Shown in pieces: positions 51,520-64,000 of a stretch of DNA of 64,000 nt (the stretch's first letter is position 1; the number at the start of each line of letters is the position of its first letter). Below the pieces are notes generated by a model. That model had not been told where the DNA came from and searched no databases. It saw nothing but the letters and a program-made list of their open reading frames with translations. A program made the position numbers and the translations under genes. This DNA is from Carcharhinus longimanus (Eukaryota). The stretch covers positions 36,419,632 to 36,483,631 of the forward strand of contig JASCQW010000132.1 of the NCBI GenBank assembly GCA_030264375.1, in the 5' to 3' direction.

Positions 51520-54500
51520 CCCCACGTTATCTGAAGCCTCTTGTTATATTTTGCCTTGACCTTATATATCTCCAGCGCCCTTACATTTTGTACGTTATTA
51601 GAAAAGCACTGCAAAGCAACTGAGGAGTGGGGGACTGAGTACGTAACTGTGTCTCCGCGATCCTCTTGGCTGACCACATCTTTAGCCAGCAGTTGATATG
51701 AAACACCCATCATAACCTTATGTTCTCACTTCAAAAAATAATGCGGACAAGATCATAAATCGGAGTCGGCCCTTCGGCCCATCGAGCCTGCTCCGCCATT
51801 CATGAGCATACAAGAAATAGTATCAGGAGCCCAAATACGATGGTTTGTTTGCACACTTTTAAAATAGCGTCCGTGCTATTTTAAAAGAGCAGCTACAATT
51901 TTTTTTAATATCTCGGTACAATCGACCGTCTATAGCTATTACTGAGCGATGGAAGAATACACGGACGCAACATTCACGTGTGTTGTTTGGAAAGTTTCTT
52001 TTTCAAAGTCAATCATGCAGTATGTCGTAATCACAAAACTCAGGCTATTGTTCAGCCAAATGATTTGTTGTTGCATAAAGAAAGCATTGCACGATTTAAC
52101 CTAAGGTGAGGTCCCTATTCGGTTTTTCTGGCGAGGCCATCAGCAGGGCTTCGTAATTCAGTAAATATTGTGGAGTCGGGGATTTGCAACTGGAAAGAAT
52201 TATAACACAAGTTTTTCTTCAAGAGCAATGGAAAGTTTCAATTTGAATATACTAACAAAACACAAACTAAGAATAGTTAAAGTAATAACTCTTCAAATGC
52301 TCATACATCTCGATAAGAAAGCTTTTCATTTACACAGTTCTCCAGATTAGACTAGTTTCAAGGCCAACGACGTAAACATACTAAACACTGCGACATAGAT
52401 ACAGATTAAATCAAAATACTGTGTGGAAAGAATCAACTGCAACTACTTAAAGAGATGCAATGCATCATTAACAGGAAGGGTACTTAATTTAGTCTGTTCA
52501 ATCCTTTGCTCAGTGTATCCAGGCAAATCACAAAAGAACGTGACATGTACTTTAATTCTAAGTCTCCAATTAACAGAAGACCTGCCGTCGACATGTGGCA
52601 TAAACTCCTGCAGATCATATTGCCTACTCTCTCTCCTGTCTCATAATTACATTGCCTACAGTCAAAGATCTATCTTAGTAAAAAATAACATTAAATATAA
52701 ATGATTTTGAACACATGTTCTGACAATCATTGTACAATAAAAGGCTGGTCATAAAGTATAGATGTGCTTAGGTTTGTTATGTTTCCTTGCTATTTTTGTA
52801 CTTATGCAATCAGATTCGAATAAAAATCTATCTTATAAGTCTTTCTTCCACAATTTTAAAGTGCTAATCAAAACATCAGCAAAATAAAATTTAACTTACT
52901 TCTAAATGAGTGCATTCCAGCCTTTAAAAAAATGTATAATTATTGTGTCTTACTGGTTGTATAATGTTGTGCAATGTTCTGAGATTGTGAAAGATGCAAG
53001 TTTAGCAAAAAATGACATTTCATGGAACTTTCAGTTTTTAACATCTTAAGCCATCTTTTCTCTCAAAATTAAAACTGACAAATAATACGAGGATAATGAC
53101 TAATTAAAAATAACAATAAGGAAGGCCGTGCCACAACTCAGGAATGGATTGTACCCCAATAGATGTAGAAAGAAAAACACTTGATTTGTAACCTGATTAT
53201 ACTTTTGGGCACTCATTGGCAAAATACTAGTTATTTATGTTAGTAGTTATTCACTTACAGGAACAATTCAATAGGCACATGTAGAACACTTGCATTTATA
53301 TGACGCCTTTTACGACCTCCCACCGCGCTTTACGCCCAGTGAAATATTTTTGGAGTGTACACACTAATGTAAGAAATGTAACAGTACTACAATTCCTTAA
53401 ATAAATACTTTAATAAATTCAGCCTTGATTTACGCACCAGCCTTCGTCAATTACATTGACCACTTTTTATTCATAGGGAAAACGTTTCAAATTCTGGCCG
53501 TCGCTATGATTCTTTACCTGAATAACTTGCCACAAAGGAGAACCAATGCAATGCCGGACTGGGAGTCAAGAGGCACTCAATATAATATTTATTATATGCT
53601 TTAAATAATTAGCCCAATTTAACCAAGTTATCATCTTTTGTTCAGAACAACAAAACGGCCGGCAATACTTAAGTGTGTTGAATTTAGAAATACACCAACC
53701 CTTTCAAATGTTGTTTTCTCCACCTGTAATTTATTTCAACTTTGTGATATCGTGTAAATCCTGGATTAGAATAGGAACATTTTACACCAAAGTAAACATA
53801 TAGGGCCATGCTATTCCAAAAAAGTATTGGTTATAGAAATAATACTTTTTCTGGTTTACTAAACCTCTATCAAAAATAATAAAGGTTGCATATGAACTTT
53901 GACTAACAAATCACTCTTGCTGTAGAATCTCGCAGACCTAAGAGATATTTTACTGAGGGAGAGTAACGGAAATTGTAAAATGTAGGTTACCAATAAAATA
54001 CAGCAAAATCAGGTGGAAATTTATACTTTTCAAGAACAAAGTTTCTTGTACCCCATGAGCGATGCCTACCGTGCCCAAGGAAAATAGCTACTGGAATCCC
54101 TACACAAGACAGTGTTTATTGATTCCAACATGGATCCCTGAGCCCTTCAATGCGAAGGAGGGATTTGCCCACATAAGTTAAGAATGGAAAATAAACCTTC
54201 ACAAATATATAATCACTGAAACACGTCGATCTGTTCTAGAGGAGCCAGGTTTTTTATTGTTTTATGAATTAGCAAACACTAAAATGTCCATGAAACGTTT
54301 CTTCATGTTTATGGCAGTAGAAGAAGATCATCAATAAGAAGCAACTCTATTAACAAAGTTGACGATCTAGTGAAAATGATATAACATTAGGGTAAGTAAA
54401 AATAAATGAGAAGATCTGTCAGTTCAAGATTCATCGGTGTAACAGGAACGTGGTCACACTCAAGAAGTTAAACATGATTTTTGACATAAAGTTTCTTGAA

Positions 54501-56324
54501 GTATAGTTTCTCTGTTTACCCAGCCTTTGGGGCTAGTTTATGTTGTTTGGCCTGAGAGCCCCTTTCAAAGGTTCCAAAGTTTGTGGCAAAACACCAACCA
54601 ACTTTTAAGTTTTCCACGTTTAACTCTTTTTAACGACTGGAATTCGACAGTGATTTTACAGTCATTTACCACGTCGAGATTTACCACACTGGCTCATCAT
54701 TTGGTCTTCACTGACGATCAATGAAACATTGGAAATTCATCATTAACAATTTCATTCCGCATTTAAGTAGGGCGTGTCCTTTTAATTGATGTCTATCACT
54801 GACGAAAAGTGAAAACTTAAACGTGTTCAGTATACACTACCTTGCCATTTTACGGCACTTTTCAAATTTAAAGTAAATGGAAAGTGCTCTCCGGAAAAAC
54901 GCAGAGAAATTCGAATGGCTGAGATTGATTGTATGCTCTATTTAAACTGTGCTCTGATAAAGGGTCAAAACGCCAAACGTTAACCTGCAAGTCCAATATT
55001 TCCTGTCCTTTTTAAGTGCGAAGCTTCCTTTTATCTCTGGTCTAAATCATTTCGTGTTTAGCTGTGATTAAGGATTACTAAGTTACTACATCGAAACCCT
55101 AGAAGAAATTGATCGTGGTTAAATTCAACATTTTCTGTGACAACTTTCAAACACGCGATGAGCAGAAGATTCTTGGGATAGGTGAACATTGTGAAAAAAA
55201 ATCAAGACATTACATGTGTGAAGTCGAGGCAGATTTTTGTTTACTCAATGGATGTGTGTCGTTTTTCAATTACTTTAGTTACAGATAGGTGACAAATCAT
55301 TGAATTTTCGCTCACAATCTAGTTTGTCTTCATTTTTTTCAATTAATTATCACGAATTATTGTCCCGATGTTGTTGTTGTTGTTGTTTGCTGATTGAATA
55401 ATATTTTGAACTCAAATACAAACTTAGTAAAAAAAAGTTAATTGAATGTTTGAAGAAGTTCAGGAACATTTAAAGGAATAAAAGAAATATATTCAAAAAG
55501 TTACCTTTTGAATTTTTCAGAATTTCAAGAGAATGACTTTTTGTTTAGGTTTTCTAAGCGTTTGGTTCATTTTATTTTTTTTTCCTTAATAAAGGTATAG
55601 TCCATATCACCCGTTTCCACCCCTTACCTGAAGTTTCATTTCAGACTGTTTTTATTCTGGATGACAACTCCATCCAGGGAGCAACTACAAACTATTGCTT
55701 AATTGCGGCGGGCACAACGACGAGTTTTAGACAAACATTCTTTATACATAGCAGTGAAAGTGTACGATTTATATATTGAAGAAAGCTGCTCTTTCGCTGA
55801 AAACAGCCATCCGGAAAAGTCAATTAATCTCAATCCACATATAAATGCAACCACTATGTGCGTGTATGTGATTGAGAGATAGAGGGAAAACACGCGTGCA
55901 TGCACCATAAGTACATGAAACACCCCACCCTGTATCTGTCTAGCCATTTATCATCAATTTAAAGTACTACAGTCTTCGCAGTGTACAAGAANNNNNNNNN
56001 AAGAAGTGTCTCATGCGACGGACAGCAAACGGAATCAGTGAAATGTAACATGAAGAGTAGTTCAACATGCCATACTTTTCACCTCCCAGACAGCATTTCC
56101 GGCAATTAACTCTCCTGCGACTTGGCATTCCAGAATTTTAACATTCTGATAGGGGAGGACGTGTTTTGCCGAACACTCCTATTCCGTATTGAAGGAGCCG
56201 TGGACTATTGATTACAGAGCAGCAGCTACATTGTTTCGTTACTATAACCGCGAAAACGAGAAACACTCTGGAACTAGTGGACAAATGGTACACACACACA
56301 CACACACAAAGACGTCTACAGCCT

Positions 56325-56450
56325 CGTTTAACTGTAACGTTACATTCTACGTCCTCTCCTTTCCTTCTATATGTACCGTACGCTTTGTCTATATAGCGCG
56401 CAAGAAACAATACTCTATACTAATACATGTGACATCAATTCAATTCATCC
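56325..56450 (+). mobile_element. Rex1/Babar-like LINE 3'UTR fragment
   Basis: ctctcctttccttct...gctttgtc...caagaaacaatact...aatacatgtgaca matches 2290-2400. Confidence 0.65.
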
Positions 56451-58959
56451 CTTTTATTTCTTTAAAAAAATCATTGTTTGCCAACAGCATACTCAAGTAT
56501 ATAAATCATTTAAAGCGCACAACCCGAGAAACTAAAGCAGGTATTCGCCAAATAAACTAGAAATAGCCAGCCTGATTCTTCAATTGCAAACCGTGTCCAT
56601 AATCATACCGCACGGGATACTTCGACAGGTCAGACAATTCGCGAGACCCTATTTTACTGAGCATACAAAATCACTCGTCAGGAACAGTTCCGAGATTTAT
56701 TGGCAACAACTGTTTGACATATTAGATCACAGCATCACACAAATTGTACCTCCAGCTACATTAGATCACGCTGAGAAATTCTACATTAAAAGCACACTTC
56801 ATAGCACGAACGTTCCTATTTCAGGCGATAAAATTAGCAATGGGCGACGAACTGCCGCCTATATAGCGCCTCTAACGTCCTGGAGACCCCGACGTGCATC
56901 CTTGCCGGTGACTTTAACATTCGAAAGTAAACACCTATTTATTGATGGTAAACAAACGATTCCCTTGTTATGAAATGTGATGGTCACCACCATTCTGGCC
57001 ACCACCACCACCCCCCCGCCTTCCCCTCTGAAAAAAATTGTAACTTGAGCCTTTTGACCGTCTGGTTTAACATATCGTTGGATACAGATCCTGTATACGC
57101 AACATGCCCAAATGTTGCACCAAGCAGGCCATTTCACAGCTAAGGATATGCAAGATTCTATTAAAATTTATTTCCATTCCTCAGAACTGAAGGAATGACA
57201 ATCTGGAGTAGAACAAGAAGCATTTCTCCCTCCCCCCATAACCCCAACCCTCCAGTTCACTGGTGTCGAGCGTCCTTTAAATGGTCCTACACATTTGTTA
57301 TATATGCGAGCACGAACAGAAGATGCATTTTCTGATCACTGCAGTTTTCTCCCCTAAACAATTTCGAGTCGCCGATTTTCATTATATTCCGGCCTTTGTT
57401 ATGTCCATTCTTTGAAGTGCCCATCTGAAAGGAGGGGAAAAAAAGGAAATCAAAGGAGTTTCTTGGAATGTCAGATGAGGGAGTTCACAAGCCCGCTGTT
57501 TTCAATTCGCTGCATTTTTATTTACATTTCCGTATTTGTATACATTTGATCATTATCAAAACTGGAATCTTCTGTGGTTTCCAAGTCTGATGTAATCTGA
57601 TATCAAAAATACACAAGATGTAACATCTTTACGCAGATGTTTTCTGTTCGCAAACATTGCCAATCAGACACGGCTGAAGTTCCACCATACCAACTTTTAC
57701 CGCTGTTATATAATTATAGCCAATCCTTTGCCACGTTCTTGTGTTTTATTGCAGTGAGCTCCCATTAATATAAATAACATTACACTTCGTCAATACTTAT
57801 TCTTACCTGCTACTATAATGGCACAGGAAAAGCAGGCAGCATTCAGATGATCTTATGACAGTTTATGTAAATCCGAATTTCAATCCCTATGGTATCGGTT
57901 TCTGCATTTGATATAACATGTAATGATTTCATTGCATCTTGTATTTCAGCGACTGAATATCTATTCCGTTAATTTCAGATCTCTTTTATATCCACCACCA
58001 TTACTGCAGCAGTGTCCTGCATCCATGTCATGCATGTCTAAAAGACAATTTAATTCTGACCCATATGCTGCTTTGTAGATTAGTAGTTAGGATCAAGAAG
58101 GCATTCATGTGATCTCACTGACAGTCAGTCTTATCTTTGATAAGTGACATATCTGAGAGTTGCTTAAACTGAGCAGCTACTACTATGTGTTTTTGGCTTA
58201 TATAGCTACAGTGATTTAGCTATTTGTTTTCACATTTTAACTCTTCTTACATTTGGAAAAAATAAATGTGAATAGGCTAAGTATAAAACGTGCACCTCGT
58301 TGCTTATAATTATAACCTTTGATCAATTTCTCAAGGGACTTGGACTAATGAATGTGAATGCAGTTTGATATATTTTAAAATCTCTACAGTACAATTACAA
58401 TAAATGGCATGTTACATTAGTGCTTTCTTTTATAACAAAGGATATTTGAAACAGTCAACATGGAAAAAGTAAACTTGTTTTGTATAACTGAGTTTCACCA
58501 TCAGTACTGATTTTAAAAATGGAAGTCATAAAGATTTACAATTAACTCAAACATGCTTTTTATAGTTTTCTGCTAAGGCCTTAGAGTATTTATGTTTAAA
58601 CAGTGCTGATTACATCAGCAGGAGAAACTCTTGGAGGAATCTGATGAATGAAAGAACTGAATTAATCAGCAGCTGTTATTTTAACATTGCATCCTTCAAG
58701 CTAGTAGTCCATCATTGATCAGCACCCTCAAACTAAACAAAAAAGTTGCTGTCATGCTCATGGTAAATCATGTCCATAGTAAATATGACACCACACATAC
58801 CTTAAAAAATACAAGCCACTGCTATCAAATTGAATTATACTGAATGTTTAATTGCATCTGACAGCTATCAAAGCATTCCAGATGTTATCAAATCTGTGAA
58901 GTCATCTTCAGTCATAAATCTCTCACAACAGAAAAAAGTATTTTACAAAGGAATAATGG

Positions 58960-59208
58960 ATGTGTAGAGTATAGGGCTAACAGTAGGACTCTGAATAGTG
59001 TGGATGAACAGAGGGATCTAGGTGTATGTGTACATNNNNNNNNNNNNNNNNNNNNNNNNNNNNNNNNNNNNNNNNNNNNNNNNNNNNNNNNNNNNNNNNN
59101 NNNNNNNNNNNNNNNNNNNNNNNNNNNNNNNNNNNTTAACTGGTCGGCGCAACATCGTGGGCCGAAGGGCCTGTTCTGCGCTGTAATGTTCTATGTTCTA
59201 TGTTCTAA
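58960..59208 (+). mobile_element. Young CR1 LINE collapsed around an assembly gap
   Basis: EQRDLGVCVH before the gap; tail ggtcggcgcaacatcgtgggccgaagggcctgtt...(atgttct)n after it. Confidence 0.8.
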
Positions 59209-59339
59209 AGCTTCTATAGACTGAGGAATTACCTTTTTTTTTGCTCCACCTGATGGCTGCAGCCAATACGTCTCATGCAGAAATCATACAAAGAAATCAG
59301 AAAATACTACTTGTCCCTAAAACTGAATACTGTGGAGAG

Positions 59340-60590
59340 CAATGCACAAACAAGTTTGATTAGCTCCCATGCCTGTTTATACAAAACTTGGATGGAGACC
59401 TCTACCCAAAGCATTATTTTTATTTTTGTCAGTAACCTGCAAGGTCTTGTGATGAAATGGATAGTGTCCGTGTCTCTGAGCAAGAAGTTTTGGGTTTGAG
59501 CCCCAATCCAGGACTTGATGGCCATAGAAGTTGTGTTCATGGTGTGGCATAACAGGTTGATTATCAACTTGTGAATCCTTCCAATATGCCTGATGGCAAG
59601 TGTTAAGAATGGAACAATCTCCTGGTTCATTAGAATCTGTAGATAACAATGACAAGACACTGCAATACCTTGCCAAACATAATCATGGACCAATTCCATG
59701 ATTGACAAGGCCCTCCTAGGGCACTGTATTTGAAGAGAAAGAGGGTTAGTAATGTCCAGTCCCCAAGAATTAACATAAAAATAATTGTCAGGTTTGTGTG
59801 AGGTACTGATCATTATTGACTTCAATTTTGCCACAGCTCCTTCATGTCACATGCAGTCAATTGCTACCTTGATGTCAAGGACAATGACTCCCCTGGAATT
59901 CCTGTCTTTATGTTTGGACTATAGCTGGAGCTGAACAACCCCATTGAAACCTAAATTGAACATAGTGGAGTCAGTTTTTGGTGAGCAAATGTTGGCAGCA
60001 ATGTTTATAATTCCTTCCATCACTCTGCTGATGATTGAAAGTGGACTTATAGGGGAATAATTATTTGGGTTAAATTTGCTCTTTTCCTGGACAGGGCATA
60101 TCTGGCCTATTTTTTATATTGTCAGTTAGATTCCAAGCCTTTTTAGCTGAATTGCATTCACCTATCTGGAAGCGTAAGTAGTCCTGGAGCACAGGTTTTC
60201 ATCTCTACAACCAACATATTGTCACAGCCCAGAGCCCAAAGCCTTTGTTGTGTCCACCTCACTTAGCTATTTCTTGATATCATGTAGATTCAATCAAATC
60301 GACTAAAGACTGGCTTCTATAATACTGGGGACTTCAGGAGGAGACCAAGAAAAGTAATTTACGCCAAACTTCAGGAAGTTCTTTTGCACTCCTATGCTGA
60401 GATCTGTGATTACTGCAAATGGGAATATTTTTGTAGCCTTCAGCACACCCCATGATTTACTTTGTTATTTACCATCATCTGCAATTTAATATGGCAACAC
60501 TGCAGAGCTTTCATCTAATATGTTGGTTTGAGATCACTTACTCTCTCATTAGCATTCTGCTTCCATTGTTTAGCATACAGTAATCCTGCA
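59340..60590 (-). mobile_element. Old degenerate LINE (probable RT/endonuclease remnants); seems to resume at about 62070-62170
   Basis: Recognised by eye as decayed elasmobranch LINE sequence; broken frames, CpG-depleted. Confidence 0.5.
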
Positions 60591-60591
60591 T

Positions 60592-62069
60592 TATAGGCCA
60601 GTTAGTCTTACTTTGGTGGTCAGTAAGTTAATGGAAAGGGTCCTGAGAGATAGGCTTTATGATCACTTGGAAAGATGCACTCTAATCCAGGATAGTCAGC
60701 ACGCTTTCGTGAGGGATAAGTCCTGCCTCACAAATTTGATTGATTTCTTTGAGGAGGTAACTAAGTGTGTGGATGAAGGTAGAGCAGTTAATGTTGTATA
60801 CATGGATTTTAGTAAGGCGTTTGATAAGGTTCCCCATGGTAGACTCATGAAGAAGATAAGGAGGTGTGGAATAGAAGGAAATTTGGCCAATTGGATAAGT
60901 AACTGGCTGTATCATAGAAGACAGAGGGTGGTGGTGGAGGGAAAATTNNNNNNNNNNNNNNNNNNNNNNNNNNNNNNNNNNNNNNNNNNNNNNNNNNNNN
61001 NNNNNNNNNNNNNNNNNNNNNNNNNNNNNNNNNNNNNNNNNNNNNNNNNNNNNNNNNNNNNNNNNNNNNNNNNNNNNNNNNNNNNNNNNNNNNNNNNNNN
61101 NNNNNNNNNNNNNNNNNNNNNNNNNNNNNNNNNNNNNNNNNNNNNNNNNNNNNNNNNNNNNNNNNNNNNNNNNNNNNNNNNNNNNNNNNNNNNNNNNNNN
61201 NNNNNNNNNNNNNNNNNNNNNNNNNNNNNNNNNNNNNNNNNNNNNNNNNNNNNNNNNNNNNNNNNNNNNNNNNNNNNNNNNNNNNNNNNNNNNNNNNNNN
61301 NNNNNNNNNNNNNNNNNNNNNNNNNNNNNNNNNNNNNNNNNNNNNNNNNNNNNNNNNNNNNNNNNNNNNNNNNNNNNNNNNNNNNNNNNNNNNNNNNNNN
61401 NNNNNNNNNNNNNNNNNNNNNNNNNNNNNNNNNNNNNNNNNNNNNNNNNNNNNNNNNNNNNNNNNNNNNNNNNNNNNNNNNNNNNNNNNNNNNNNNNNNN
61501 NNNNNNNNNNNNNNNNNNNNNNNNNNNNNNNNNNNNNNNNNNNNNNNNNNNNNNNNNNNNNNNNNNNNNNNNNNNNNNNNNNNNNNNNNNNNNNNNNNNN
61601 NNNNNNNNNNNNNNNNNNNNNNNNNNNNNNNNNNNNNNNNNNNNNNNNNNNNNNNNNNNNNNNNNNNNNNNNNNNNNNNNNNNNNNNNNNNNNNNNNNNN
61701 NNNNNNNNNNNNNNNNNNNNNNNNNNNNNNNNNNNNNNNNNNNNNNNNNNNNNNNNNNNNNNNNNNNNNNNNNNNNNNNNNNNNNNNNNNNNNNNNNNNN
61801 NNNNNNNNNNNNNNNNNNNNNNNNNNNNNNNNNNNNGAGATATAGGAGGGATGTCTGAGGTAGATTCTTCACTCAGAGAGTGGTTGGGGTGTGGAATAGA
61901 CTGCCTGCTGTGACAGTGGAGTCGGATACTTTAGGAACTTAAGTAGTTATTGCATAGGCACATGGAGCACACCAGAATGATAGGGCATGGGATAGCTTGA
62001 TCTTGGGATTGGACATAGCTCGGCACAACATTGAGGACTGAAGGCCCTGTACTGTGCTATGTTCTATAG
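60592..62069 (+). mobile_element. Young 5'-truncated CR1 LINE spanning a gap of about 890 N
   Basis: YRPVSLTLVVSKLMERVLRDRL...QHAFVRDKSCLTNLIDFFEEVT...VVYMDFSKAFDKVPH is CR1 RT; 3' tail gaaggccctgtactgtgctatgttctat. Confidence 0.92.
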
Positions 62070-62149
62070 CATCATTAGGTTAGCACAGGTCACAGCATAC
62101 TGTTCCTTACTTCTCATTGAACCTGGATTAGTTTTCTGGTTTGATGGTA

Positions 62150-62890
62150 ATGGACAAGTGCCATAAAATTTATGCCACCAACAGCATGACGTCACAACCA
62201 GCACACCTTTCCTCCCAATTTCTTTCAACACTCTAAAGGGAGCCTTCCCTCCCTAATATCCTAGTCCACTCCTCAATCACTTACAACACCCACTCCCTTC
62301 CCAGGACACCTTTCCAGTCAAGCACATCTCCTCTTTCCTCACTGTTCGCTGCTCTAAGTACACCTTCCAGGTGAAGGAATAATATATGTACACTTTGCAA
62401 TGATCCTGTGAAACTTAACGTAAGTTTGAGGAACAGCGCCTCATCTTCCATTTAAGCATTTTACACCCTTCTGGATTCCACATGGAGTTCAACATTTTTC
62501 CAACCATAAACTCTGTATGCCAACCCCTCAGCCTATTTTCTTTCTTTCTCTTTGCACATTTTGGTTTTTCCTCTTATTTTTATTTTCAGACAGCAGTACA
62601 CCCACTATTTTATTTCTTTTTTTTGCCCATCATCATTCCTTTTGGGACTATAAGACTAATTCTTCCGTCATTCAATCTATCCTGTTTTCTAAGTTAGGTC
62701 TTGCTTTGGCCTTGTCCCACTGTCTCTTGCTCAAAACCTATTATATCTCGAACTTTTCCTAGTTCCTATGAAAGGTCATCAATCTGAAATGTTAACTCAG
62801 CTTCTCTCTCCACATACGCTACAAGATCTGCTGAGTATTTCCTACATTTTCTTTCTTTCTGGCATCTTTGGTATTCTACTTTTTGGTAAC
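62150..62890 (+). mobile_element. Degenerate Penelope-like element fragment
   Basis: ctagtccactcctc...cagcgcctcatcttccatttaagc...ggagttcaacattt resembles the C-terminal GIY-YIG region; ends in the gatctgctgagtatttcc terminal motif. Confidence 0.55.
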
Positions 62891-64000
62891 AGATTGTATT
62901 GGAATACAATTTTGCCATGGGCCCACAGTGCCTTATTGTGCAGTTTTGAGTTGTGAGATCTGTTCCTAACCTGTGCTTTGTGGCAACAAGGTAGAGCCTC
63001 ATATTGGGTATCCTCAATGTAAAGACAAAAATTCACCTTCACCATGCATTGGTGACTCCTACCACTATTGCATCTTCTCATTGACAGAGCAAACTATGAC
63101 AGGTGAAGTAAATTATTCCCATTGTCAATGTAATGGGTCATAAGCCGCACCCCACTATTTCCAGGGCATTAGCACTGTAGTTCCATCTGGCAAGAAACCT
63201 CAAAATCTTTATCCATTTATGTATCTTTAAAAGTTTTATTTATTTACCACCACCTACCTAATATGCTTCTAATTTTGCTTCTCAAATAAGATTGAGTACA
63301 GCTAGTAAGGTCAGTCAGACTGAATTTTAACATTTATTTTAAATTGCTTCCTTGTTGGAAGTGAAAAGGTTCTCCAAACAAACATGCCTCACAAAAACAT
63401 TACCATTGTTATTATGAAGAAAATCTTGAACCATTTCTTCTTTACATCTGAGATTTCCCAAACTGTGGGTCATGATCCCAATTGGCGTCTCACATGGACA
63501 CCAAGGCCCAGGCAACATTAGGCCCTCCCCTTGCTTTGCTTGTCTCTCAGTCTCTGTCTCTGGACCATATGTTCCTGCCTGTGATTGCTCAACTTTTGTC
63601 ACCAGGGAAAATGGAGAACTTGGCTGAAACCACAGTGGCTGATAACTGTCACACGTTACGTTCCACGTCCATTCAGAAGCATTCCGTTTTTCTCATAAAC
63701 CCTGACCCTGGCCACGAACCCAAAAGTGATACCTCCTCTGCTGAAATGCAGCCTGTCTCAGCTATTGGAATCTCACTTCAACTGTTAAAATGGGTCATTG
63801 GGAAATAGTTTGGGAGGGCCTGCTTTACATGTAATTCTATAAAGTTTACCTTCTCAGAACAATAGAGATGTTTATTATATGTTTTAATGTTGTTTTAAGC
63901 CTTTCAGCTTCTTCAAAGTAAAAGGGAACTATTTTGTACCTAGACAATTTTAATCCTGAAACTGTCAGCACAATCAGGTTTCTGACCTGATTACTGAAGA

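Noticed and set aside
59307-59834. 175-aa minus-strand ORF
   Set aside because: Inside a decayed LINE; no splice structure or recognisable host domain
60613-61872. 410-aa and 396-aa ORFs
   Set aside because: Length comes from N runs; the real part is CR1 reverse transcriptase, not a host gene

Overview
Vertebrate genomic DNA from a draft assembly with N gaps, most likely a shark or other cartilaginous fish (HE1/V-SINE-like, Deu-SINE-like, CR1 and Penelope-like repeats). It is the COMMD3-BMI1-SPAG6 gene cluster, all on the minus strand: complete 8-exon COMMD3 (195 aa, 37859->34027), complete 9-coding-exon BMI1/PCGF4 (325 aa, 27334->22813, non-coding first exon near 31.8-32.1 kb) and the first two coding exons of SPAG6 (2498->1188, continuing off the left edge). 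One intact tRNA-Asn(GTT) gene lies at 51438-51511 (+). Exons were reconstructed by hand from GT-AG boundaries and join into open frames. I see no novel gene system. The best leads are regulatory: a short uORF (MAAWLRFIFFP*) in an apparently deeply conserved BMI1 5'UTR, a candidate alternative SPAG6 first exon, an in-frame route for COMMD3-BMI1 read-through, a possibly syntenic lone tRNA-Asn, clustered miRNA seeds in the BMI1 3'UTR, and multi-kb CpG-retaining domains. All human comparisons are from memory and need alignment; repeat boundaries are approximate.
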